A stretch of 63,516 bases of DNA, the filler included, from Octopus bimaculoides (taxonomy: Eukaryota): the NCBI RefSeq assembly GCF_001194135.2. It is 4 parts of 3 records of this genome, joined end to end, with 100 filler letters (N's around TTAATTAATTAA, not from the genome) between each part and the next. Parts side by side here need not be neighbours in the genome. Positions count along the whole stretch, not along the records: positions 1 to 28,053 come from NC_068989.1; positions 28,154 to 55,894 come from NC_069000.1; 2 more parts are not named here. One strand, given 5' to 3'. The position numbers and the translations under genes are program-made. The notes under the pieces are model-generated. The model saw only the letters and a list, made by a program, of their open reading frames with translations, made no database searches and was not told the DNA's origin. Shown here piece after piece: positions 27,011-39,037 of the stretch (its first letter is position 1; every line of letters starts with the position of its first letter).

Positions 27011-28028
27011 CATCATCATCATCATCATGATTGTTTAATGTCCATCCATGCTGGTATGGTCTGGACAGTTTGACTGAGGACTGGCAAGCCAGGAGGTTGC
27101 ACCAGGCTCCAATCTGATCTGGCAAGGTTTCTACAGCTGGATGTCCTTCCTAATGCCAACCACTCCGAGAGTGTAGGGGCTACTTCTTATGTGCCACCAG
27201 CATGGGAGCCAGTCAGGTGGCACTGGCATCAGTCACGTTTGGATGGTGCTTTTTATGTGCCACCGGCATAGGAGCCAGTTGGGGTGGGGTGGGGGCTGAC
27301 ATCAACCACATACGGATGGTGCTTTTTACATGCCGCTGGCACAAGGAGCCAGTCACTTGACACTGGCATTGACCCACGCATGAATAGTGCGTATTGTGTG
27401 CCACCAGCACAGGAGCTAGTCAAGCAACACTGGCTTCAGTCACAACTACAATTTCCATTTTGATTTCGATTTGATTGAGATTCTGATTGTGATTTTAATT
27501 TTGACTTTACTTGACTCAATAGGTCTCCTCAAGCACAATTCAAAGGTATTTTTTAAATGGGCTGGTTATGTGACACAGGTATAGGCTACAGCTGTGATCT
27601 CACTTTACTTGCTGAGTTTTCTCAGTCACAGCATATCTCCAGAGGTTTTTGTCTTTTGTCATTGCCTCTGTGAGGTCCAACTTTTGAAGGTTGTGCTTCA
27701 CTGCCTCAACTCATGTCTTTCTAGGTCTCCCTCTTCCACAGGTTTCTTCCACTGTTAGGGAGTGACACTTCTTTACACAGCTCTCCTCATCCATATGCAG
27801 CACATGACCATATATGTGTAGTAGTCTTTCTTGCACACCACATCTGATGCTTCTTATGTCCAACATTTCTTTCAGGGTGCTTACACTCTGTTGTGTGTGC
27901 ACACTGACATTACGCATCCAGCGGATCATACTAGCTTCATTTCTTTCAAGCCTACGTATGTCCTCAACAGTCATTGCCCATGTTTCACAGCCGTGTAGCA
28001 TGGCAGTTCGTACACACGCATCAAACAG
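27011..28028 (-). mobile_element. 5'-truncated RTE LINE flanked on both sides by (TA)n
   Basis: ORF 27711-28001 MLHGCETWAMT...RLERNEASMIRWM...YGHVLHMDEESCVKKC...GRGRPRKT; (CAT)n tail at 27011. Confidence 0.92.
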
Positions 28029-28153
28029 TATATATATATATATATATATATATNNNNNNNNNNNNNNNNNNNNNNNNNNNNNNNNNNNNNNNNNNNNTTA
28101 ATTAATTAANNNNNNNNNNNNNNNNNNNNNNNNNNNNNNNNNNNNNNNNNNNN

Positions 28154-28487
28154 CCATAACCCTAACCCTAACTCTAAAACCCGAACCCTAACCCTAAACC
28201 CTTACTAGGGAATAATGATATAATTAAACAGAGAATAACACTCTTGACACCGGTAAAAATTATTGTTTATAAAAAGAGCAGTAACTGTATTCAGCTGAAT
28301 AGACGTCAGTGATTGGTTGAAATTACAGAAATACGACAACTTTAACATGAAATAACTTATTAAGAATTAATTTTTGTTAAGAAAGCTAAGAGAAAAAGAT
28401 GTTTTATATGACACATTCTACCAGTATCCCAAGTTTGAAAGTGTTTCGTTAACAAAACAAGTGTTGCCCGTCAAACCAAAAAGATCC
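28154..28487. mobile_element. Right part of a GGATC-terminated non-autonomous element with (CCCTAA)-like core (left end in gap)
   Basis: Shares the gacgtcagtgattggttgaaattac arm, acacattctaccagtat and the terminal gatcc with 52102-52682 and 51630-51843. Confidence 0.75.
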
Positions 28488-28547
28488 CAAAACTGCATTA
28501 GCTCCAGTATTTTGACACAAATGAAATTTTAATGTTGAAGTGAAACT

Positions 28548-28752
28548 GGTACTACTTAAATACAGAGGCCCCTTAATGGTACTGCTTAAATATAGGTGTT
28601 ACGTACAAAACAGTTTAAATGTACGCTGTGGGGACGTGTAATGACACCTTAACTCTAACCCTAAAACAAGCCCTAATCTTAACCCCAAAAACTAACCCTC
28701 CCCTTCATATCGTTACGTAAATGTATCGGGACCTCTGTATTTGAGTAGTGCC
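28548..28752. mobile_element. 205-bp MITE with 25-bp TIRs (GG...CC), 8-bp TSD and internal CCCTAA-like repeats; Merlin- or MULE-like
   Basis: TIRs ggtactacttaaatacagaggcccc / gggacctctgtatttgagtagtgcc (22/25 match); flanks gtgaaact / atgaaact (7/8; the difference fits CpG decay at the CC|G junction). Confidence 0.82.
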
Positions 28753-31403
28753 ATGAAACTAACGGTTTCTGTGTGTTCTTGAATGGCTTACAAACATCTA
28801 TGGTGCAGTTGTTTTTATGGCAAGACTTCCACTGCCCGCCACCCTTAAAAATTTTTTTCCAAGCAGCCTCCCCCCTTTTCGGCTATGGGAAATAATGAAT
28901 CTGCAAAAAAATTGGCAAAAATCGGCATTTTTAAATTACANNNNNNNNNNNNNNNNNNNNNNNNNNNNNNNNNNNNNNNNNNNNNNNNNNNNNNNNNNNN
29001 NNNNNNNNNNNNNNNNNNNNNNNNNNNNNNNNNNNNNNNNNNNNNNNNNNNNNNNNNNNNNNNNNNNNNNNNNNNNNNNNNNNNNNNNNNNNNNNNNNNN
29101 NNNNNNNNNNNNNNNNNNNNNNNNNNNNNNNNNNNNNNNNNNNNNNNNNNNNNNNNNNNNNNNNNNNNNNNNNNNNNNNNNNNNNNNNNNNNNNNNNNNN
29201 NNNNNNNNNNNNNNNNNNNNNNNNNNNNNNNNNNNNNNNNNNNNNNNNNNNNNNNNNNNNNNNNNNNNNNNNNNNNNNNNNNNNNNNNNNNNNNNNNNNN
29301 NNNNNNNNNNNNNNNNNNNNNNNNNNNNNNNNNNNNNNNNNNNNNNNNNNNNNNNNNNNNNNNNNNNNNNNNNNNNNNNNNNNNNNNNNNNNNNNNNNNN
29401 NNNNNNNNNNNNNNNNNNNNNNNNNNNNNNNNNNNNNNNNNNNNNNNNNNNNNNNNNNNNNNNNNNNNNNNNNNNNNNNNNNNNNNNNNNNNNNNNNNNN
29501 NNNNNNNNNNNNNNNNNNNNNNNNNNNNNNNNNNNNNNNNNNNNNNNNNNNNNNNNNNNNNNNNNNNNNNNNNNNNNNNNNNNNNNNNNNNNNNNNNNNN
29601 NNNNNNNNNNNNNNNNNNNNNNNNNNNNNNNNNNNNNNNNNNNNNNNNNNNNNNNNNNNNNNNNNNNNNNNNNNNNNNNNNNNNNNNNNNNNNNNNNNNN
29701 NNNNNNNNNNNNNNNNNNNNNNNNNNNNNNNNNNNNNNNNNNNNNNNNNNNNNNNNNNNNNNNNNNNNNNNNNNNNNNNNNNNNNNNNNNNNNNNNNNNN
29801 NNNNNNNNNNNNNNNNNNNNNNNNNNNNNNNNNNNNNNNNNNNNNNNNNNNNNNNNNNNNNNNNNNNNNNNNNNNNNNNNGTTGTCTTTGGATAAGCTAG
29901 AAACAACAGCCAAATTGCCCTTAAATCACTCACTTTTCCTTCTGAAAATATTAACAATTAAAAAAAAAATTTTTACTGAAAATGCTCTTCCCATGGTTTT
30001 GAAATGCAAAAAAAAATTGGCCAAAATAGGTCCGGAGTGGGATGATGAGGGAGGTGTTATAAAAAAAAGGAGTTTACAAAACTTTTTCATACAAAGATGC
30101 TCCCCCACCCAACCCATTATTTCGAAGGCTGTGATTTAAAAAAATTAAGACAATCCCTGAAAAAATTTTCCCCACAAATTTCTTTATAATCATAATCTAT
30201 GCCGTTTGAAAGGGATTTGTATAAAATTTTCATTTAAAGATACCCATCTTCCTGAAAGTTATGAGGAAAAAAGTCAGATTATATGAATTTTCCAAAACTC
30301 CTCTCTCCAACCCCTCGAAAAAATTGATCTACATTACTAGGTCTATCTTCGAGCTTCAATTTTTCACTAAAATTTCTGAACTGCTGATAGGTCTTCCCAT
30401 TTAGATATAAGAAATCCCCAATTTCAAGAGAAGATTTCATTACACTTTTATGATGCTAAATTTTCTGTTTCCATTTCATGTTTTCGTTTCTTACAAGTTG
30501 ATGATATCATCTTCCTTCACAATTTTTTTACAGACACTTGTAAACAAAACTTGTATCCATAGTCTACCAACTAGGTATGAACAGTCGAACGTATGTGACA
30601 AGAGTGCAGTCGGGACTAGACTAATAAAGCTATCTGTAATCAGTCTCATCTCGCTGCACACACAAATGTCTAACCCCATGACATCTCTCTTCTGATATTC
30701 TTTTGTAACCCTGGCTAACAATAAATTTCTCTAATCCCTCTACCTCCTACCACTCCTACCCTCAGCACTAAAGAACAACACCTCACTCAGATCTAGCATT
30801 ATCTTTTAGAACTGTTTCTGTTATTTAATAGTATATTAATGGCAGGGAACCCATCGTCAAGTAAAATGATACAAGTTATTGCATTAATATTTATATCAAT
30901 ATTGTTTTAAGCAGATAATGACAATGGTCATTGTGAAAAGTGAATGTGACATGTAGTGAAAGATAAATTTTCCATTTGATGTCATTTTCAAGTGCATGCC
31001 ACACACTGTAGTGCATTCTAAAAAAGAGTGATGAAAATATCCTTATATGTATTGAACTTGTCAGAATTTGAATGGGAAATATGTTGAAAGTACAAAACTA
31101 AAATAGAAGGGGTGAAAATTTTTTAAATTCATAACAATTTTATATTGAAATAGTTGGGGAATTTTGTTCTTCCTTCCTGCAAAAGTAAGAAAAGCTGTTC
31201 TCACAGCACTACACTGCTGGTATCAATTCACACCCAATAAATATTTATAAAGCTTAAATTTTTATCTAAACTGTGATATATATTAAAAAAAAAAACTCAG
31301 CCCACATATTTCCATGAGCTGCACATATTAACAGTCAAAGAACTGCATATTAACAAAAAGCTACATATAGTTTGTGAGCCATAGTTTGGCTACCCCTGCC
31401 TTA

Positions 31404-34400
31404 GAACAGGTGTCCTAAGCCTGACAATGCAATCTTCTTGCTTTGTGAAGTATAGGTCAAAAGCTCATCTCATCACCAGCACATCAGTGACAATGCTTTT
31501 TCCAAGTTGCCTGCCACAATGAGGACTTCATTCTCTTCCCTGTTTATGTGGAAAGAAAAGTGGTAAGGCCCAGTACCCAGATCTAGCATTATTAACTAGC
31601 TCATCCTCTGCTCTAGAACTCTCTATCACTATTCCTGTACTAAACCTTATTGATTCTAATCTAATAACCCTTTTCAGGACTAACTACCATCGGTTGCCGA
31701 CGACTGCACCCATCAACTCCCTCTAACCTAGTTCTTTTCTGGCCTCTGTAAACTTAGTGTGCCAGGAAAGATGCATTCAGTTTCCAGTAACTGGGTCCCT
31801 GTCTATGTAGCCTATCTAGGCCTACCATACAGATCACAAATTTGTGGTCTGTATAGTAGACAACTTTGAATTGTGGATAAACTATACTGCTCCTATCTAC
31901 TGGTCTACAGAAAATTCTAGATATGAAATGGATGACCTGATGCTGTTTGCCCATGTCCACATTAGAGCATTTGGGAAATCCATACAGTACCTATCAGTCA
32001 GTTGGAAACAACTGAGCATGTTTGTAAGGCTTGTCCACCCTGTTCCATCAGTTAGCCCCATACAATTTAGATGCACATCCAAGATAGCATTTCAGTTGCC
32101 CACTAACACTAAAGAACAGGATGTTTCTAGGAAAACCTCGAAACACCTGAAGACATTTGGCTTCCCTGCCCCAGTCACAACATAAGCAGTGACTAGACTA
32201 AAGGTACTATCCTCACTAATATTCACATTCAGGATCACCAAGTTATTGCCTGGGCCCAGGAGGATCAATTGTATCAAGGCCCAGGCCTTTCTGAAACCAT
32301 ATAACTCCCTGTTCCAGGCCAAATAAGATATGTAACGATCTCAAAATCACACCAAATAGGTACTACGATGCATGCATCAGAAATTCTGGTCTTGCTGATG
32401 ACTATCATATCTAGGCCTAGTGATCTGAAGTCATTGAGCAGATAGCCCTACTTCAATGAACCCAGACCACATGAATTTATGCTTCTTATTCTTAAGGCTG
32501 CCATGTTGGTTGGAAAGAAAGGAAGATAAAATGAAGTCACCTACATTAAAGATTTTTCTGTAGGTAATCTGGTGTATAAAAATCCAGTCTGTGTGTGTGG
32601 TTCCTTGGGGAACCCTTTAGTAGCCTATTCACTTGGTTTCCCAACATCATATGGGAAACTCTCTTTTTCCAGTAACATTTTATTGGTGGTCTAAACGATT
32701 GCAGATCCTCCAGGACTGTTTTCTTCTGTTTTTTGACAGCCTTCTCTTTTTTCATTATGTCTCCTCTTTGTGCAATGTAAGAGAGCAGTTCTTTATTTTC
32801 CTTTCTTACTAGCACAAAGTTGAGTGTGGGTGCAATTTATTGTTGTTGTTGAGGGTGCCATTGTGTATTTAGTTGGTGTTGATATTGTTCTACTTGTTGG
32901 ATTACTCTTTTACTTGTTTCAGTCATTTGACTGCGGCCATGCTGGAGCACCGCCTTTAGTCGAGAAAATCGATCCCAGGACTTATTCTTTGTAAGCCTAG
33001 TGCTTATTCTTTCGGTCTCTTTTTGCCGAACCGCTAAGTTACGGGGACGTAAACACACCAGCATCGGTTGTAAAGCGATGGTGGGGGGACAAACACAGAC
33101 ACACAAACACACACACATATATATATATACATATATACGACGGGCTTCTTTCAGTTTCCGTCTACCAAATCCACTCACAAGGCTTTGGTCGGCCCGAGGC
33201 TATAGTAGAAGACACTTGCCCAAGGTGCCACGCAGTGGGATTGAACCCGGAACCATGTGGTTGGTAAGCAAGCTGCTTACCACACAGCCACTCCTGCGTG
33301 TACTTATCTTTTGTTTTTCTTCATGTGTCCATTGTTCTGTTTGTGTAGCTTCTTTTTCTTGCTCTTAGTACAGGTGGTGATAGTGATGGTGTATTTGTTG
33401 TAGCCTTATTGGGGTTGGTATTACTTTGCCTTTTGTTCCTCTTCGTTTTGATTTTACTGCTTTTTTGCCCCTTCACCTGATGTATAGTTCACAGACTATA
33501 CACAGGGTAGTGTATGTTTGTATTTGTACATATAAGAGGGGATGAACCAGGGTTGGAGGACAGACAGACTAGGGTTGGGGTATCCCCTGGGTGGCAATTA
33601 TCTTTTATTGTCAATATTTTCTACCTCCTCAGTTGCTACTGCTGAAGGATTTAATATTCATGTTGTTGGTGCTACAGCTGTTGCTATTTCCAGTTCTGTC
33701 ATGGTTGTAGGTGTTGATGCTGTTGCTTTAGTAGTGTTGATCCAGATTGTTATTTTTTCTCCTTGCTGCTTCAGTTGGTATTGTTTCTGTTGTTGCAGCA
33801 ATGGTATCAATAGCAGTGGGGCCCTCCCTTCCCCTTTCCTGTTTTGGTTGTGTAGGCAGAACATTCAGAAGTGTTCAATTGTTCCACAGATATCTCAGTC
33901 ATCTACCCTCCAAAATTACTCAGTTCTGTCCCATTCAGTGGGAAGGTAAAGCTTGAAATCCTCTTAGCTGGTGGGACCTTACATAAAGAGGACCCTCCAG
34001 TTTGGTTCCAACCCAGTTTTCTTGCATAATTCTCAACGTCCAGGAGAGTATCACTCCATGCCAACACTACACATGTGAGGATCCGCCAGAGGTCTCATTC
34101 TGCTGGTACCCTGGGTACTGGGCCTTACCACTTTTCTTTCCACATAAACAGGGAAGAGAATGAAGTCCTCATTGTGGCAGGCAACTACTGAGTGTAGTAA
34201 TGCAAGGACTCTGATCTTACATATGGCCTTACCCCTGTCAAACTACTTTGCCTAAATATATGGTTGGTGTCCTGCCATACATTGTGAGGGTGCATTTCTA
34301 TTTGAGCATTCATAGTCATCTCCAGTTGAAAAGTTTTTACACTAACGCATCTAAATATCAGTTTTTGCAACAGTTGTAGCTAGAGCTTCAGAAGGGGAGA
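31404..34400 (-). mobile_element. Degraded Tx1/L1-clade LINE (ORF1 remnant, APE endonuclease and start of ORF2), with a nested SINE
   Basis: GNNLVILNVNI..TFSLVTAY...SLVLVGN*NAILD...FQLTDRY..DFPN..MWTW...SY...YTDHKFV...GPSYWKLNASFL are APE motifs (GDxN, SY.D, SDH, YWKLN) typical of Tx1/L1; many stops and frameshifts. Confidence 0.85.
32902..33300 (-). mobile_element. Full-length, near-intact copy of the main tRNA-derived SINE (~400 bp)
   Basis: Head gcaggagtggctgtgtggtaag (box A-like) and ggttcaatccc (box B), CORE-like ggcaccttgggcaagtgtctt, internal (TA)(TG) tract, tail ...tgactgaaacaagtaaaagagtaa; CpGs intact. Confidence 0.92.
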
Positions 34401-34509
34401 GGGTGATTGGCTGTTCTCCCTTCAATTTTCCTAACTCTAGTGGCATCCACTAATTTTGAATGCTTATCACCCAAGGATAGAGTATAAAGTTCTTTTATGG
34501 CAACCACTT

Positions 34510-34890
34510 CAATAAAAGAAACCTTGTTGCTGTTGCTACTGTTGCTCCCACCACAGCTGCTGTCACTTCCACTGCCCTCATCATTGTTCTTTCAGCCAAT
34601 TTTGACATTGCTGCTGTTGCCACTGTTGCTATTTTTACTACTGCTCCCACTGCTGCTGTTGCTGTCACCATTGCCTTTGTTATTATTGCTGCTGCTGTGT
34701 TTACTTTTACTAATGCTGCTGCTTTTACAGTTACTCTCATTTGCTATTATATCAGTTGAACTTTGAAATGAAATTGATGAAATTTTTTCCTCCTCTTCCA
34801 TGAGCAGAATGCTGTTTATATTGCTTTTGCAAATGTTGTTGTAGCTGCTGCTCTCAGTGGTGCTGTTGTTGTTGGTGACACTGTTAAAAA
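34510..34890. repeat. Degenerate (CTG/TTG)n tract
   Basis: Direct inspection; source of the low-complexity ORFs at 34495-34801. Confidence 0.8.
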
Positions 34891-36679
34891 TGTTGCCCTA
34901 ACTATTGCTGTCATGATTCTTGAGAGTTTGCTCTCATGAAGCTAGTAGTAGTATGTATTCCTACTACCTCCTCATTCAAGCTGTTTGTGGGCATTAACAA
35001 TGACACAATTCCAATGAGAGGAAAGAAGGATAAAAGCAGATATTATAAAAAGTGTGCCCTTTACAGCACAATTTGACACTCCCTGTCTTCACTCAGTGAA
35101 GCAAAAATTCTTATTTAACAATTCGACAAAAAAAAAATTTTAACAATAAACAAATTATTCCAACAAAATTTAGCAAAACCTTTGGGAGTTGACTCAATCT
35201 CCAACACAAGCAATAATAATAAACCTTGATTATCAACTCTTAAAGGCACTAGCATGCTCAATGCTAGCTCTGTTGATGTTTCAGTTGACACAGTCATTAA
35301 TATTATTGTTTTGCTCCAAATGGGTGGGACTTCATATAACTGAATACCATCTCTATTATTAGAGACAAGAGCTTTTGTGTGATTACTCAACACGCAAGTA
35401 AAGGCAGCTAAATTTCCATTAAATCATACTTTACAGTCTTAAAAAGGTGCACTGTTTAGGAGAAAATGAGATGGTCATAGCTATTCAATCAGTGCATGAG
35501 TAACAACAATGAATACTGGACAGGTTGTTTTGGTTGCTTGTTCTTGTGACTCTTTCCCAAACCCGTCACAATTTGAAACTTCCTGAACAAAACATTGGCA
35601 TGCCCTTAAAAAATAAATAAGATCTCTGCGCAGTTTCTATGTAGCTCACATGTGTTTGGTCAACCAGCCCAAGGAGTAACTTTCACTACATACACAGATA
35701 CACACAATACAGAAGTGAAATAGCAAGCATTTGAAAAATATTTATTTATTCATTTCTCAAATTTAAGAACAATTCATAAATTTAAGTTATCCCCAGAAAG
35801 AATCTTTATTTAAAAAATATCATATGAAAAAAATTCCATTTTGAATTCTTTATATTCATAACAAATAAAATGAAAAATTTTAAACCCAAATCTATGAGGA
35901 CATTTGAAAATGAATTTTTTTTCCTTCTTCAGGAGAGTAAAATGGTACCCCTCCACTCCTGGCAGAAAAAAAAATTGAAGGAGGTGAAGGTGGCAGTGGT
36001 GATGTGTGAAGGAGAGGAAAGAGGTATAATCATAAATTCCGAACTATTATTTTTTGGAAATATGCAGTGGACATTTAAATGAAAATTCTTGCATAGGCTC
36101 AGCATAAGTGCATGTGTTATATACATACACATTCACACATCTCTCTCCATANNNNNNNNNNNNNNNNNNNNNNNNNNNNNNNNNNNNNNNNNNNNNNNNN
36201 NNNNNNNNNNNNNNNNNNNNNNNNNNNNNNNNNNNNNNNNNNNNNNNNNNNNNNNNNNNNNNNNNNNNNNNNNNNNNNNNNNNNNNNNNNNNNNNNNNNN
36301 NNNNNNNNNNNNNNNNNNNNNNNNNNNNNNNNNNNNNNNNNNNNNNNNNNNNNNNNNNNNNNNNNNNNNNNNNNNNNNNNNNNNNNNNNNNTTATAAATG
36401 GGTTAATTTCTTCTTTATTCCATTTCTTCCATACTATATCCCCATTTTCCACTGCAAGAATACTGATATAAAATAAATAAAACACACACAAGAAAGAATA
36501 ACATACCACAGCAGATATTTCATTTTTTAACAGCATATTCAAAAGTAAAGATCAACAGACTGAAGAAAAAACAAAAAGTTATCTGCTGAAGACTATCTTA
36601 TTTGGTGGAAATTATTCAATGAATTAAAAATGTGACAAGCTCTCTTGCTCACCCAGCTCCTTCTTTAGTGGAAAGGAAA

Positions 36680-37060
36680 TGAAACCATGTGGTCCCGAGT
36701 TCAGTCCCACTGCATGGCACCTTGGGCAAGTGTCTTCTACTATAGCCTTGGGCCGACCAAAGCCTTGTGAGCGAATGTGGTAGATGGAAACTGCAAGAAG
36801 CCTGTCATATATATATATATGTATATATGTATATGTATGCATGTGTATATGTTTGTGTATCTTTGTTTGTCCCCCCAACATCGCTTGACAACCGATGCTG
36901 GTGTGTTTATGTACCCGTAACTTAGTGGTTCGGCAAAAGAGACCAATAGAATAAGTACTAAGCTTACAATGAATAAGTCCTGGGGTTGATTTGTTTGACT
37001 ATAGGCGGTGCTCCGGCATGGTCGCAGTCAAATGACTGAAACAAGTAAAAAAAAAAAGAG
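36680..37060 (+). mobile_element. Main SINE copy with head partly missing
   Basis: Colinear with the reverse complement of 32902-33270. Confidence 0.88.
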
Positions 37061-37063
37061 TAT

Positions 37064-37110
<47 letters not shown>

Positions 37111-37131
37111 CACACACACATATATATATAT

Positions 37132-37296
37132 ATAGGCGCAGGAGTGGCTGTGTGGTAAGTAGGTCGCTTACCAACCACATAGTTCCAGATTCAGTCCCAC
37201 TACATGGTACCTTGGACAAGTGTCTTTTAATATAGCCTCGGGCAGACCAAAGCCTTGTGAGTGGATTTGGTAGACAGAAACTGAAAGAAGCTTGTC

Positions 37297-37332
<36 letters not shown>
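37132..37332 (+). mobile_element. 5' half of main SINE ending in an expanded (TA)n
   Basis: aggcgcaggagtggctgtgtggtaag...gaaagaagcttgtcg(TA)n. Confidence 0.88.
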
Positions 37333-37336
<4 letters not shown>

Positions 37337-37709
37337 TTAATGAATGGAGTAAAATGCATATTTTAACTGCATAGTTTAATTTCCGACATATGTTTCGAAG
37401 AATTANNNNNNNNNNNNNNNNNNNNNNNNNNNNNNNNNNNNNNNNNNNNNNNNNNNNNNNNNNNNNNNNNNNNNNNNNNNNNNNNNNNNNNNNNNNNNNN
37501 NNNNNNNNNNNNNNNNNNNNNNNNNNNNNNNNNNNNNNNNNNNNNNNNNNNNNNNNNNNNNNNNNNNNNNNNNNNNNNNNNNNNNNNNNNNNNNNNNNNN
37601 NNNNNNNNNNNNNNNNNNNNNNNNNNNNNNNNNNNNNNNNNNNNNNNNNNNNNNNNNNNNNNNNNNNNNNNNNNNNNNNNNNNNNNNNNNNNNNNNNNNN
37701 NNNNNNNNN

Positions 37710-37744
<35 letters not shown>

Positions 37745-37750
37745 CACACA

Positions 37751-39037
37751 CAAGGCCAGCCTTAAACAAATTCAACTGATTGCTCCCAATCGGGCCCCGT
37801 GCTCAAGGAGGCCACATCCTCTACTATGAAATTTTGAAATTTTAGGAAAGCGGTCTCCCTGAAGTTTTTAAAAAATCTACATAAAAATGCTCCTTAAAAA
37901 AAAGCAGACTTTAGCGGCACAAGATGCCAAAAGATAAACCCATTCATCTGAAATTGCTTGGATCAGCCTTGCTTGTATTTTTAGTGTAAGGGTTAATTGT
38001 ATGTATGCATGTATGTATGTGAACGTTTGGGAGTGTTTATGGGCATGTTTGGGCAAAATATTTGTATGCGAGAGAGAATGTATGTAGTTGTTTAAGTGTA
38101 TGGTGAATTGTATATATATGTGTGTGCGAATGTTTGTACGTGAATTGCTATAAATATACTTTGTATATGTTTAATTTTGGGGAAACACTTTTATTTCAAT
38201 GAAGTGTATTTTGTGTGTGCGTGTGTGTATTAAATAAAGCAAAAATGATAAAAGAGACATGATTAAACAAAGGTTAAAAGTTCAATTAATTTTCATAGTG
38301 GTTTGGTTGAGATCTTTGTATTGTGTGAATGTATGCATATGTATGTTTTTGCTAGTATGTGTATGATTGTACGTATATGTATTTTTTAGTGTGTGTTGAA
38401 TTGTATACATACACACATGCGTGTGTACAGTGAGAGAGATGGGAGAGGTGAAATAAAATTTCTCCCCTTGTTCAAAAGACAAAAATCTCTTTGCAATGAC
38501 ACCCATTCAGGTTTTTGGACACGCACAAACACACAACCACACACACACGGAGGGGGGAGGCTATAGTAGGAGACATTTGGTGCCACACAGTGGTGCTTAT
38601 AGTGCTACTGCTATTAGTAATTACTAAGCTAAGAAACAGGCTTCTTGTCACACAGACAGGACAACAACTGAGGTTATAGAAAAAAATATAAGGTAAGTAT
38701 ATAACCAGCTTCCAAAACATTCTAATTATCAATTTGCTTTTTATGTATATCTCTTTTAGTATAACATCATGCAACAGATAAAAGTTTCTTAAAAAGCATA
38801 GTTTAGATGTAGTTTCGCTGATGGTGAAAGTTTTTGGTAAATTTACAGTTTAATACCCAACTCGATTTTGGTGGGAAATAATGTTTTTCCTTGTTTTTTT
38901 TTCTTATGCTATCAACTAATCTAATCTAATATGCTGCAAATAATTTTTTCAACAGAAATCGGAGTGGGGGGGTGTAGACCCTTGGAAATTCACCCCTCAC
39001 CTCACCCAGTTGGGCCCTGCACCTAAGGCCAGCCCTA
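37751..39037. mobile_element. Possible hAT-like non-autonomous element
   Basis: Ends caaggccagcctta / taaggccagcccta fit a decayed CAGGGCCGGCCTTA-type TIR; no TSD recognisable. Confidence 0.35.

Noticed and set aside
28098-28109. TTAATTAATTAA island inside N-runs (also 55939-55950 and 60845-60856)
   Set aside because: An identical 12-mer centred in ~100-bp gaps and giving stops in all six frames is an artificial scaffold linker, not biology.
28154-28205. CCCTAA repeats next to a gap, suggesting a telomere or chromosome fusion site
   Set aside because: Short, degenerate and embedded in a dispersed element that has the same core at 52354; reported as transposon cargo instead.
28817-30139. Long ORFs of 300-440 aa here and at 58884-60243
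   Set aside because: Composed almost entirely of X from N-gaps.
29881-30420. Homopolymer-inflated, 'hypermutated-looking' sequence (also 35760-36070 and 47920-48380)
   Set aside because: Always close to gaps; more parsimoniously low-quality read ends than a mutational process.
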